Below, piece after piece: positions 9,280 through 16,040 of a DNA stretch of 64,000 nt. How positions within the stretch are numbered: the stretch's first letter is position 1; each line of letters begins with the position of its first letter. The notes below the pieces were generated by a model. That model saw nothing but the letters and a program-made list of their open reading frames with translations, was not told the origin of the DNA and searched no databases. The stretch covers positions 124,001 to 188,000 of the IMG/VR virus record IMGVR_UViG_3300005613_000001. One strand, 5' to 3'. Both the position numbers and the translations under genes were made by a program.

Positions 9280-10202
9280 TTTTTAACTCCTAAATGAATC
9301 TTAATCCAACCATCATCATCAATTTCAACGGCATCAAAAACCTTCTTTACCTTATCAACATCAATCGCCTTAACTATCTCTTCAATCTTCTGAACCGTTT
9401 CCTTGTCAAATAAACGAAATATGTCCAGAAGACCTTGTACTTGGGCTTTCTGCTGCGCTACGAGATGCTTGTCAAGTTCCTCCGGTACAAGTGTTATCAA
9501 TTTTTCCTTAACCGCCTCATATGTCAATCCAACATCTTTTAAAATTATCTGATGATGGGAAGTTGTCTTTTGACCAGTTGTGGCATCCCGTTGCGGCCTT
9601 AAAAGACCTAAAAGAAGATGCTCGGTGCCCACATAGAGTATCCCACTATCATCAGTAGTTGCTTCCTCCATAGCATAATCCATTAGCGTTTTAGCTGCCG
9701 GAGATAACGGAATCTTCCCAATAGGGCTAGCCTCCGAGCCCTTCACCATCAATTTCTCTAATCTGCATTCAATGTCTGCCGGGGATACCTTCATGGATTC
9801 CAAAAGCTTAACAGCAACCCCACCACGCTCTCTTACTATTCCAAAAATAATGTGCTCTAAATCAACTTGCATGTGATTATAACTACGTGCAACTTGATTG
9901 GCTATTGACATCACCTTGCGGGCACGATCAGAAAATCGTTCGTACATACTTGTCTCCCTAAGTTTATTCACACCAGCACCGATTTCTTTTCGGTGCGATG
10001 GCAGTCCATTCGTAACCGGAAGCACTACACTAAAGGCTCTGTTGCAACGGGAATTGCTACCTTCTACTTTCTCCGTAGCCTCTTTTTCTACATCGCCAGT
10101 TCCACACAAAAAAACATTATTCCCTATGTGGGTAACTACGTCACTTCCACACAAAGGGCAGAATTTTATCCGATGCTTCTTATAATGCTTCCTCATCTTC
10201 AT
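9276..10202 (-). CDS. Zn-ribbon + stand-alone ClpC-type N-terminal (Clp repeat) domain, no ATPase
   Basis: MYERFSDRARKVM...EHIIFG...YVGTEHLLLGLL. Confidence 0.8.
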   Translation of the reverse strand: MKMRKHYKKHRIKFCPLCGSDVVTHIGNNVFLCGTGDVEKEATEKVEGSNSRCNRAFSVVLPVTNGLPSHRKEIGAGVNKLRETSMYERFSDRARKVMSIANQVARSYNHMQVDLEHIIFGIVRERGGVAVKLLESMKVSPADIECRLEKLMVKGSEASPIGKIPLSPAAKTLMDYAMEEATTDDSGILYVGTEHLLLGLLRPQRDATTGQKTTSHHQIILKDVGLTYEAVKEKLITLVPEELDKHLVAQQKAQVQGLLDIFRLFDKETVQKIEEIVKAIDVDKVKKVFDAVEIDDDGWIKIHLGVKK

Positions 10203-10292
10203 TCCTATGCGGCCTGGGACTTGCGGGGTTGCTCACCCACCAGTTGCGCGCAGGGGCTTGCTAGCCAACCCCGCTGGCTCCCAGAGTCAAAG

Positions 10293-10363
10293 TGCGCCTG
10301 GGGGGAATCGAACCCCCACATTCAGCTTGGGAAGCTGACACGCTACCACTACATCACAGGCGC
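10293..10363 (-). tRNA. tRNA-Gly(CCC)
   Basis: TCAGC-TT CCC AA-GCTGA. Confidence 0.92.
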
Positions 10364-10382
10364 AAACGGAGACCCCATGACT

Positions 10383-10410
10383 ATTATACCATAGGTTCTC
10401 CGTATGTTAA
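10383..10410 (-). promoter_or_regulatory. Sigma70-type promoter
   Basis: TTAACA-16 nt-TATAAT with extended TG. Confidence 0.6.
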
Positions 10411-10447
10411 CGAAGAAGGATTAGTATTAACCAAATTGTCAAAGACC

Positions 10448-10474
10448 AAAAAAACGGGGGGCATTTAGCCCCCC
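10448..10474 (-). terminator. Intrinsic terminator ending tRNA cluster 1
   Basis: GGGGGGC-TAAAT-GCCCCCC-GTTTTTTT. Confidence 0.8.
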
Positions 10475-10476
10475 AG

Positions 10477-10548
10477 TGGAGATGGTGGGATTCGAACCCA
10501 CGACTTCGACACTGCCAGTGTCGCACGCTCCCGCTGCGTCACATCCCC
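10477..10548 (-). tRNA. tRNA-Ala(GGC)
   Basis: CGACA-CT GGC AG-TGTCG; G3:U70. Confidence 0.92.
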
Positions 10549-10553
10549 ATCAG

Positions 10554-10628
10554 TGGAGGTTACGGGACTCGAACCCGTGAATCCTCTGCCTTGCAAAAGC
10601 AGCGCTCTCCCAACTGAGCTAAACCCCC
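10554..10628 (-). tRNA. tRNA-Ala(TGC)
   Basis: CTGCT-TT TGC AA-GGCAG; G3:U70. Confidence 0.92.
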
Positions 10629-10632
10629 AAAG

Positions 10633-10730
10633 TAGGACTGGAAGGAATCGAACCTTCTCCTAGAGTTAATCTGACTCTACCTTTCGGCCAAGGTTATAAG
10701 CCTTGTGTGCTTCCATTACACCACAGTCCC
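10633..10730 (-). tRNA. tRNA-Ile(TAT) with long two-hairpin variable region
   Basis: CAAGG-CT TAT AA-CCTTG; V region GCCGAAAGGT + AGAGT..ACTCT; 98 nt. Confidence 0.75.
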
Positions 10731-10766
10731 TAATGTTACAACTCCCGCATGCAATTCAGAATGACG

Positions 10767-10838
10767 TAGGCGATGTTGGTTTCGCACCAACGGCCTCTAC
10801 TGTGTGAAAGTAGCGCTCTTCTCCTGAGCTAATCGCCT
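10767..10838 (-). tRNA. tRNA-Val(CAC), T-loop TGCGAAA
   Basis: CTACT-TT CAC AC-AGTAG. Confidence 0.82.
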
Positions 10839-11023
10839 AAAGTATAATTCTCCCAATCGTTTAATTCTCCAACGGTATAATTCTCCCCTATGCTCTTTGC
10901 CCACCAAATTCTACATTCAGTACAAACGTATTTATAAACGTAAATAAGCTCTCTCGTCACTTTATCTGTTACGTGTTTTGTATCTCCGCATTTTGGACAA
11001 AGTGGTAATTCTAAAATACTCAT
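10829..11023 (-). CDS. Small Zn-ribbon protein (likely start MSILELPLC)
   Basis: CPKC...CTEC; the longer ORF-track version reads through a tRNA remnant. Confidence 0.55.
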   Translation of the reverse strand: MSILELPLCPKCGDTKHVTDKVTRELIYVYKYVCTECRIWWAKSIGENYTVGELNDWENYTLGD

Positions 11024-11025
11024 AG

Positions 11026-11091
11026 CTGACCCACTAGGATTCGAACCTAGACTAAAAGAACCAGTCTGCCGCACCATTTGGCTTCGCTCCC
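11026..11091 (-). pseudogene. Chimeric tRNA remnant (non-Gln 5' half fused to a tRNA-Gln 3' half)
   Basis: Perfect T-arm CTAGG-TTCGAAT-CCTAG and D-arm, but acceptor and anticodon strands do not pair. Confidence 0.6.
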
Positions 11092-11096
11092 ATTCT

Positions 11097-11327
11097 TCAC
11101 TCTTCAGAACACCCACACCCTTCCATAAATTCATCCCATTCAAAAGGATGAAATTGTTTATTTAGTGCATTAGCAATTCTATTACACACTCTACTCCACT
11201 GGGAATCTGTCAAATCTTGGAGTGTGATTTCTTTTCTGGCTAATGCCAATTCCTCGGCAAACTCATCCAAATTAATTGGTGTCAGATTTAAGCATTCCGC
11301 TAAATCTTCTAAATACAAATTTTCCAT
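11097..11327 (-). CDS. Acidic hypothetical protein
   Basis: ORF track. Confidence 0.55.
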   Translation of the reverse strand: MENLYLEDLAECLNLTPINLDEFAEELALARKEITLQDLTDSQWSRVCNRIANALNKQFHPFEWDEFMEGCGCSEE

Positions 11328-11454
11328 TTATTTCTTCTTTTCTACCCACTTAACTCCAGGGTCTATTCCCTGCCGTTCCAATTCGCGGGCAATTCTCACA
11401 TCCCTCACTGCCAACTTCTTTTCTTTTTTACATCTAACCAAAAATTTTTCATAG

Positions 11455-11528
11455 TGGGCCGAACAGGAATTGAACCTGTGACTTCTTCCATGTCACGGAA
11501 GCGCTCTAGCCAACTGAGCTACCGGCCC
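11455..11528 (-). tRNA. tRNA-Val(GAC)
   Basis: CTTCC-GT GAC AT-GGAAG. Confidence 0.92.
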
Positions 11529-11562
11529 GTAACGACACGACAAATTTTTTTCGCCTCTTATA

Positions 11563-11689
11563 AATTGCTCGACCAGTGCGCTGTTACACCAAAGGGCTTA
11601 AGAGGACAGGGTTGCCTCTGCACTTCCGTATATCCCATTCTTTAAATGATGGCTACCTCTAAGCCAACATCCTGGTTGTCTATGCAATT
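11563..11689 (-). ncRNA. 23S rRNA H42-H44 (L10/L11-binding, GTPase-associated centre) mimic with 47-nt insertion
   Basis: AGACAACCAGGATGTTGGCTTAGAGGTAGCCATCATTTAAAGAA...GGTGTAACAGCGCACTGGTCGAG vs E. coli AGACAGCCAGGATGTTGGCTTAGAAGCAGCCATCATTTAAAGAAAGCGTAATAGCTCACTGGTCGAG; closed by AATTGC/GCAATT. Confidence 0.8.
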
Positions 11690-11735
11690 CGGGCTACTTA
11701 CCCAATGCGCATGTCTTCCTATTTGCCGTGCCGAG

Positions 11736-11807
11736 TAGGCGATATTGGTTTCGCACCAATGGCCTCCGCTGCGTGAAAGCGGCGCTCTTCTCCTGAGCTA
11801 ATCGCCT
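11736..11807 (-). tRNA. tRNA-Val(CAC), second copy, T-loop TGCGAAA
   Basis: CCGCT-TT CAC GC-AGCGG. Confidence 0.82.
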
Positions 11808-11811
11808 AAAG

Positions 11812-11882
11812 TTGTCCCGCTAGGATTTGAACCTAGACTAATTGATTCAGAGTCAATCGTGCTGCCGTTACACTACGGGACA
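11812..11882 (-). tRNA. tRNA-Gln(CTG)
   Basis: ATTGA-CT CTG AA-TCAAT; U1-A72. Confidence 0.92.
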
Positions 11883-12372
11883 ATTCCGCATGTTTTTCTC
11901 TATGACACCTACAACAAAGCAAGTCACACTTGTCTAATTCTGACCTGGCCCGCTTTAAATTCCAATTTTTAATTGATTTAAAGTTAGGATCTTTTTCTTT
12001 TGAATCTCTATGATGAAATTCTAGTGCGGCAATACATTTACTATAACCACATACCACGCACTTTCCACCTTTATACCCCACCATTTCTTGCTTATTTTTC
12101 CTTGCTCTCTCAATCAATCGTTGATTGGTGCAAGATTTACAACGCGATTGGAATTCTCCTGTATCTGACCGTCTATAGAATTCCGATTCATTCTCTTCAC
12201 CACATGAACACTTTGCAACAAAACGTCTTTTATTATATGGTAAATTATTTGTTGCTAACCCATACTTTCGCAGCCAATACCTTACTTTACATTGAGAAAC
12301 ATTAAAATAATTTGCAATTTCTCTTTGTGACAAACCCTTGTCAATCAGTTGTTTCATTTTTATTTTATCCAT
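11833..12372 (-). CDS. HTH + HNH homing endonuclease
   Basis: CVVCGYSKC..ALEFHH...KCDLLCCRCHREKH; reads 50 nt into tRNA-Gln. Confidence 0.82.
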   Translation of the reverse strand: MDKIKMKQLIDKGLSQREIANYFNVSQCKVRYWLRKYGLATNNLPYNKRRFVAKCSCGEENESEFYRRSDTGEFQSRCKSCTNQRLIERARKNKQEMVGYKGGKCVVCGYSKCIAALEFHHRDSKEKDPNFKSIKNWNLKRARSELDKCDLLCCRCHREKHAELSRSVTAARLTLNQLV

Positions 12373-12421
12373 ATACTAATACAGTACGTAGATAAAATAA
12401 ATTATTTGCCAACTGAGCTAG

Positions 12422-12495
12422 TAGGCAGAGCCGGGCTCGAACCGACGACCTTCTGGATGTAAACCAGACGCTCTTCCAACCTGAGCTATCCGCCT
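12422..12495 (-). tRNA. tRNA-Val(TAC)
   Basis: TCTGG-TT TAC AT-CCAGA. Confidence 0.92.
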
Positions 12496-12501
12496 CTAAA
12501 A

Positions 12502-12792
12502 TTAATCTCCTCTAAAATGTTCTATTCTCCCATCTGGGTATTCCAAAATAATTGTATTATCTTTCATATAGGTAATAGGTTTCCCTACTTTAAACGCCTC
12601 AATTTTTGCTTTTAGTCCAACTTGTTCTAATAGTAATTTAGCTTGTGCTTTCTGTATTCTTGCAAGTTCTTCTTCTAATTCTTGGATTCTTGCCTCATAT
12701 TCCACGCTACATTTCGGGCATTCATCGCAAAAATCAGGCATCATTTTCTTCCATTTTAAGAATTCTTGATTCACCACCTGTTTGACGATCAA
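12502..12792 (-). CDS. Small coiled-coil protein (start uncertain)
   Basis: CxxCxxC then heptads. Confidence 0.5.
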   Translation of the reverse strand: MIVKQVVNQEFLKWKKMMPDFCDECPKCSVEYEARIQELEEELARIQKAQAKLLLEQVGLKAKIEAFKVGKPITYMKDNTIILEYPDGRIEHFRGD

Positions 12793-12941
12793 TTACGACT
12801 ACTTTTACAACATCATGCCGTTGAGCTACGCCTTTAGCTGTTTCCCTTGCTACCTCGGAATCATTGATATAGTCAATGATCGTATCCGGCCCATCCCCAG
12901 GATGAACGGCATCAATTCTAAATCTTTCACCACAATCTCTT

Positions 12942-13130
12942 TTAGGATAAAATGTCATTCTTCTCCCTCATTGGTTCTGCTGAGTACACTTTTTCAGCGA
13001 GTGTAGACACTAGAATTCTAGCGGCATCCAATTTTCCATCAGCCGTGACTTGGGTATGCCTAATCTTTTTGTCTTTTTTAGATTTGTATTTTACTGCAAA
13101 TCTGGTCCAATTTCTTTTCATGGTTGTCAT
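12942..13130 (-). CDS. Small basic hypothetical protein
   Basis: ORF track. Confidence 0.5.
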   Translation of the reverse strand: MTTMKRNWTRFAVKYKSKKDKKIRHTQVTADGKLDAARILVSTLAEKVYSAEPMREKNDILS

Positions 13131-13158
13131 TTTACTAAAACTCTATCTTTAATACAAG

Positions 13159-13229
13159 CACCCCGCCAGGGAGTCGAACCCCATCTTACGGTTCCGAAGA
13201 CCGTCGTGCGTCCATCACACTCGCAGGGC
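13159..13229 (-). tRNA. tRNA-Arg(TCG)
   Basis: ACGGT-CT TCG GA-ACCGT. Confidence 0.88.
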
Positions 13230-13234
13230 AAAAG

Positions 13235-13308
13235 TACACCCGGCAGGACTCGAACCTGCAACCTTCTGATTCGTAGTCAGATGCTCTAATCCATTGAGCT
13301 ACGGGTGC
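13235..13308 (-). tRNA. tRNA-Arg(ACG)
   Basis: TCTGA-CT ACG AA-TCAGA. Confidence 0.93.
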
Positions 13309-13505
13309 ATTAAACCTATAGTTTCTATTCTCCCACTCTCAAAGTCAATTCTTATCATTTGCCGGAAGCCAATTTTACGACCGCAACAAGTGCAATAGAA
13401 TGGAACTTTCCCATTCTTTGCTTTCCCACGATTAAACAATCGCTTACCTCGCCCATGAAGACGATCTTGGTAACCGTTATTGCAGTCGCATTCAAGTATT
13501 TTCAT
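13299..13505 (-). CDS. Small Cys-containing phage protein; stop inside tRNA-Arg
   Basis: CDC...YQDRLHGRGKRLFN...CTCC. Confidence 0.6.
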   Translation of the reverse strand: MKILECDCNNGYQDRLHGRGKRLFNRGKAKNGKVPFYCTCCGRKIGFRQMIRIDFESGRIETIGLMHP

Positions 13506-13678
13506 TTAATTTCTCAATTATAATCCACATGAACCCTACTTTCAACATAGGATTAATGGTTTCATAGAGTTCATGGAGGCATTTTAAACAAAGATTTGCT
13601 TTACAAACTTGTTTGCCTCCCCAGCTACAAAACACGCAGCTTCTTCTTTACATTCATGTGTATCACATTCAATCATAG

Positions 13679-13751
13679 TACCCCCGGTAGGATTCGAACC
13701 TACGTCTGAACAGTTTAGAAAACTGTTGCCTTTCCTCTAGGCTACAGGGGC
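13679..13751 (-). tRNA. tRNA-Arg(TCT)
   Basis: ACAGT-TT TCT AA-ACTGT. Confidence 0.92.
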
Positions 13752-13753
13752 AT

Positions 13754-13839
13754 AAAAAAATCCGCTTCAGGTTTTCCCTGAGCGGATTTGATTATCTTAT
13801 CGGCTCAGGAACTTCCCGAGCCTTCTTAGGACTCGGAAA
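13754..13839 (-). promoter_or_regulatory. Attenuator 1 (alternative hairpins + intrinsic terminator)
   Basis: TTTCCGAG/CTCGGGAA, GGCTCGGG/CCTGAGCC, CCTGAGC/GCTCAGG, ATCCGCTCAGG..CCTGAAGCGGAT-T7. Confidence 0.8.
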
Positions 13840-13926
13840 TTACGTGGCGACCTGCATGGCGCGTACAGCCATCGCTCGCCTTACGGCTGCTATAGCTCTA
13901 CGTTCTTGTGCCTGTATAATAGTCAT
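13840..13926 (-). CDS. Leader peptide 1 MTIIQAQERRAIAAVRRAMAVRAMQVAT
   Basis: GGAG 8 nt upstream of ATG; stop abuts attenuator hairpin 1; below ORF-track cutoff. Confidence 0.75.
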   Translation of the reverse strand: MTIIQAQERRAIAAVRRAMAVRAMQVAT

Positions 13927-14071
13927 CTCATAATCTCCGTGTTATCTATATAGTAGTTAAGTTCTAAAAAAAAGAACCTTGTTTTTGGCCGGGTCAGAGG
14001 TCTTCCTGGTTGAGAGGGGGCGTGACCCGGCTGTTGGTGCATCCGGCTGGGTTGTCACCCCGCCTCTTTAG

Positions 14072-14099
14072 ATCATACCACAGCGACCCGTCATGTCAA
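14072..14099 (-). promoter_or_regulatory. Sigma70-type promoter
   Basis: TTGACA-16 nt-TATGAT, extended TG. Confidence 0.7.
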
Positions 14100-14277
14100 G
14101 TAGACGGCTCCGAATTTGTTTGGTTCGGTACAATTCCTTTTTTTTTCTTTGGGGGGTTTGGACATCCACTTTTTGGGGGGATTTTGTGCCCACTCTCTCG
14201 TTATACAAGGATGCTTTGGCATCTTGCGACAAACATGATTCCAACGAAATTTTGCTCCACAGACAGGGCAACGAACC

Positions 14278-14592
14278 TTATCCAAGGGTTTCCTCCGATT
14301 TCTGTCTTGCTAGCTCTTCGGAAGACCCAATCAACTTGTAAAGCTCTCGGGGCAAAGGGGTTCCTGTCATTTCTACCGAGTAGTGACACAAATCTTTACA
14401 GAGGGTTATCCCATTTTCCTTAACATACCCCCCAAAAGGCATCTCTTCCCTCTCTGTAACGTGGTGAGCATCCATTTTCTCTTCTACGTCTTCCGGGGTA
14501 GCTTGCTCTCCACATAGCTGACAGCGGTATTTGTCTCTTTCGAATACCGATTTTCGGAAGGCGGCTCGGATTTCCTGCTTTTTCTTCTTCAT
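14278..14592 (-). CDS. HNH endonuclease (small)
   Basis: RDKYRCQLCG...DAHH...NGITLC...CH. Confidence 0.8.
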   Translation of the reverse strand: MKKKKQEIRAAFRKSVFERDKYRCQLCGEQATPEDVEEKMDAHHVTEREEMPFGGYVKENGITLCKDLCHYSVEMTGTPLPRELYKLIGSSEELARQKSEETLG

Positions 14593-15251
14593 GACTCCAT
14601 TCTCCTTTTCATCATCATACCATGAAAAGAGCGAGTGGAAAGATCTTCTGAGATTTCCAAGAATGTTTGATAATAGTCAGATTCCTCTATTGCCTTAAGA
14701 GTTCTCGGACTAATTGAACCCTCATTATAATAATATTTAAATCCTTTATTTGAACTTTCTAATACACGCTCTGTCGATAAACACTCAACTTGGAACACAT
14801 CCAAAAGAGTCTGCTTAAGATTAAAAAGGCTAATATAATCAATTTCTTTATAAAACTTAGGTATTTTGTTGCGTGAATACCCCCAAGGGCTATTCAGGTA
14901 TTCATCTAAAGTATTAAAATCTTTGGCAAATGCCTTTTTGTATTTGTCCCCATATTTTTTTAAGAAGAAATATTCAGAGCAAAGCTGATCTTTGGGATTT
15001 CGCAATACACAAAATGAAGACCAACCCTTTCGTTTGTATAGCCTGAAAACATCTTCAGGCCAACCTAATGAATGATTATGAACAAACCCTTCTTCATCCG
15101 ATAATTTGATAAGTTCTTGCTCGGTCCAATCTCTTTGCATCGATTGCCATGAATTATGGTGAGGAATCGGAACGTGGTCATAAACACACTTGCAAATAAA
15201 AGATCCACCTGTTCTGGGTATATGGATAAATATAATTTTAGAGCGATTCAT
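14589..15251 (-). CDS. Sulfotransferase family
   Basis: IFIHIPRTGGS; VLRNPKDQLCSEY. Confidence 0.75.
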   Translation of the reverse strand: MNRSKIIFIHIPRTGGSFICKCVYDHVPIPHHNSWQSMQRDWTEQELIKLSDEEGFVHNHSLGWPEDVFRLYKRKGWSSFCVLRNPKDQLCSEYFFLKKYGDKYKKAFAKDFNTLDEYLNSPWGYSRNKIPKFYKEIDYISLFNLKQTLLDVFQVECLSTERVLESSNKGFKYYYNEGSISPRTLKAIEESDYYQTFLEISEDLSTRSFHGMMMKRRMES

Positions 15252-15266
15252 CTCATTTAATATATA

Positions 15267-16040
15267 GTGAAAATATCATTTTGCACAGTATCCAAAGATC
15301 GTCTGAATTTTCTTCAGCAAACATTGCCTGAGAATATACGGGACAATGAAGATTATGATGTGGAATTTGTAATTTTGAATTACAATTCTTCAGATGGGAT
15401 AGATGATTATATACGGGACTACTGGGGTGCTTTAATAAAAGCAGGAAAGCTATCCTATTTCAAAGAAAGTACCGCCCAACATTTTAAACCCGCTCATTCT
15501 AGAAATCTTTGCATGCGGCTTGCCAGTGGAGACATTATTTGTAATGTAGACGCAGACAACTTTACAGGTAAGATTTGTAAATTTATTAATAAAGCATTTG
15601 AAAAAAACAAAACAATAATTTGTTCACCTTATATTTTCACAAAACAGGCTTTAGACACACATGGCAGAATAGCCATCAAGAAAACAGAATGGCTTAGAAT
15701 AGGAGGATATGATGAATCTCTAATTGGTTGGGGTGGAGAGGATTGGGATTTAATTCGTAGATGTCAGAAGATGGGGTGGAATATCAACTACTTTCCAAAA
15801 GCCAACTTAAATCGCATTCCGCATAATGACAGTGTTAGAGTAGAAAATGTAGATTTTGGATTTGAAGTTTCAGATGCAACACAAGCAAAAAAAATGACAG
15901 CAAGAAAAAATTACGACACTACTACCGAGAAATTAAAAAAAGGGGAACTTATTGCTAATCCTAAAACATGGGGAGTAGGAACAGTAACGAAAAACTTCAA
16001 CGAAATCATCACATTAAAAAACGCTTTGCCTTTTGTTTGA
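15267..16040 (+). CDS. Glycosyltransferase family 2 / galactosyltransferase-like
   Basis: SRNLCMRLASGDIICNVDAD; GGYDESLIGWGGEDWD. Confidence 0.82.
   Translation: MKISFCTVSKDRLNFLQQTLPENIRDNEDYDVEFVILNYNSSDGIDDYIRDYWGALIKAGKLSYFKESTAQHFKPAHSRNLCMRLASGDIICNVDADNFTGKICKFINKAFEKNKTIICSPYIFTKQALDTHGRIAIKKTEWLRIGGYDESLIGWGGEDWDLIRRCQKMGWNINYFPKANLNRIPHNDSVRVENVDFGFEVSDATQAKKMTARKNYDTTTEKLKKGELIANPKTWGVGTVTKNFNEIITLKNALPFV

Noticed and set aside
10214-10284. Twister ribozyme or SRP RNA (CAAGCCC motif)
   Set aside because: No UAA cleavage junction or pseudoknots, and no SRP GGAA/AGCAG core
11563-11689. Annotating the 23S-like segment as an rRNA gene or host contamination
   Set aside because: Only ~80 nt match, flanks are phage tRNAs, and the closing helix and insertion are non-rRNA; reported as a mimic instead
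13923-13931. Minigene ATG AGA TGA overlapping the leader 1 start
   Set aside because: GGAG is only 3 nt from this ATG versus 8 nt from the leader ATG; intriguing (AGA is read by the next tRNA) but unsupported
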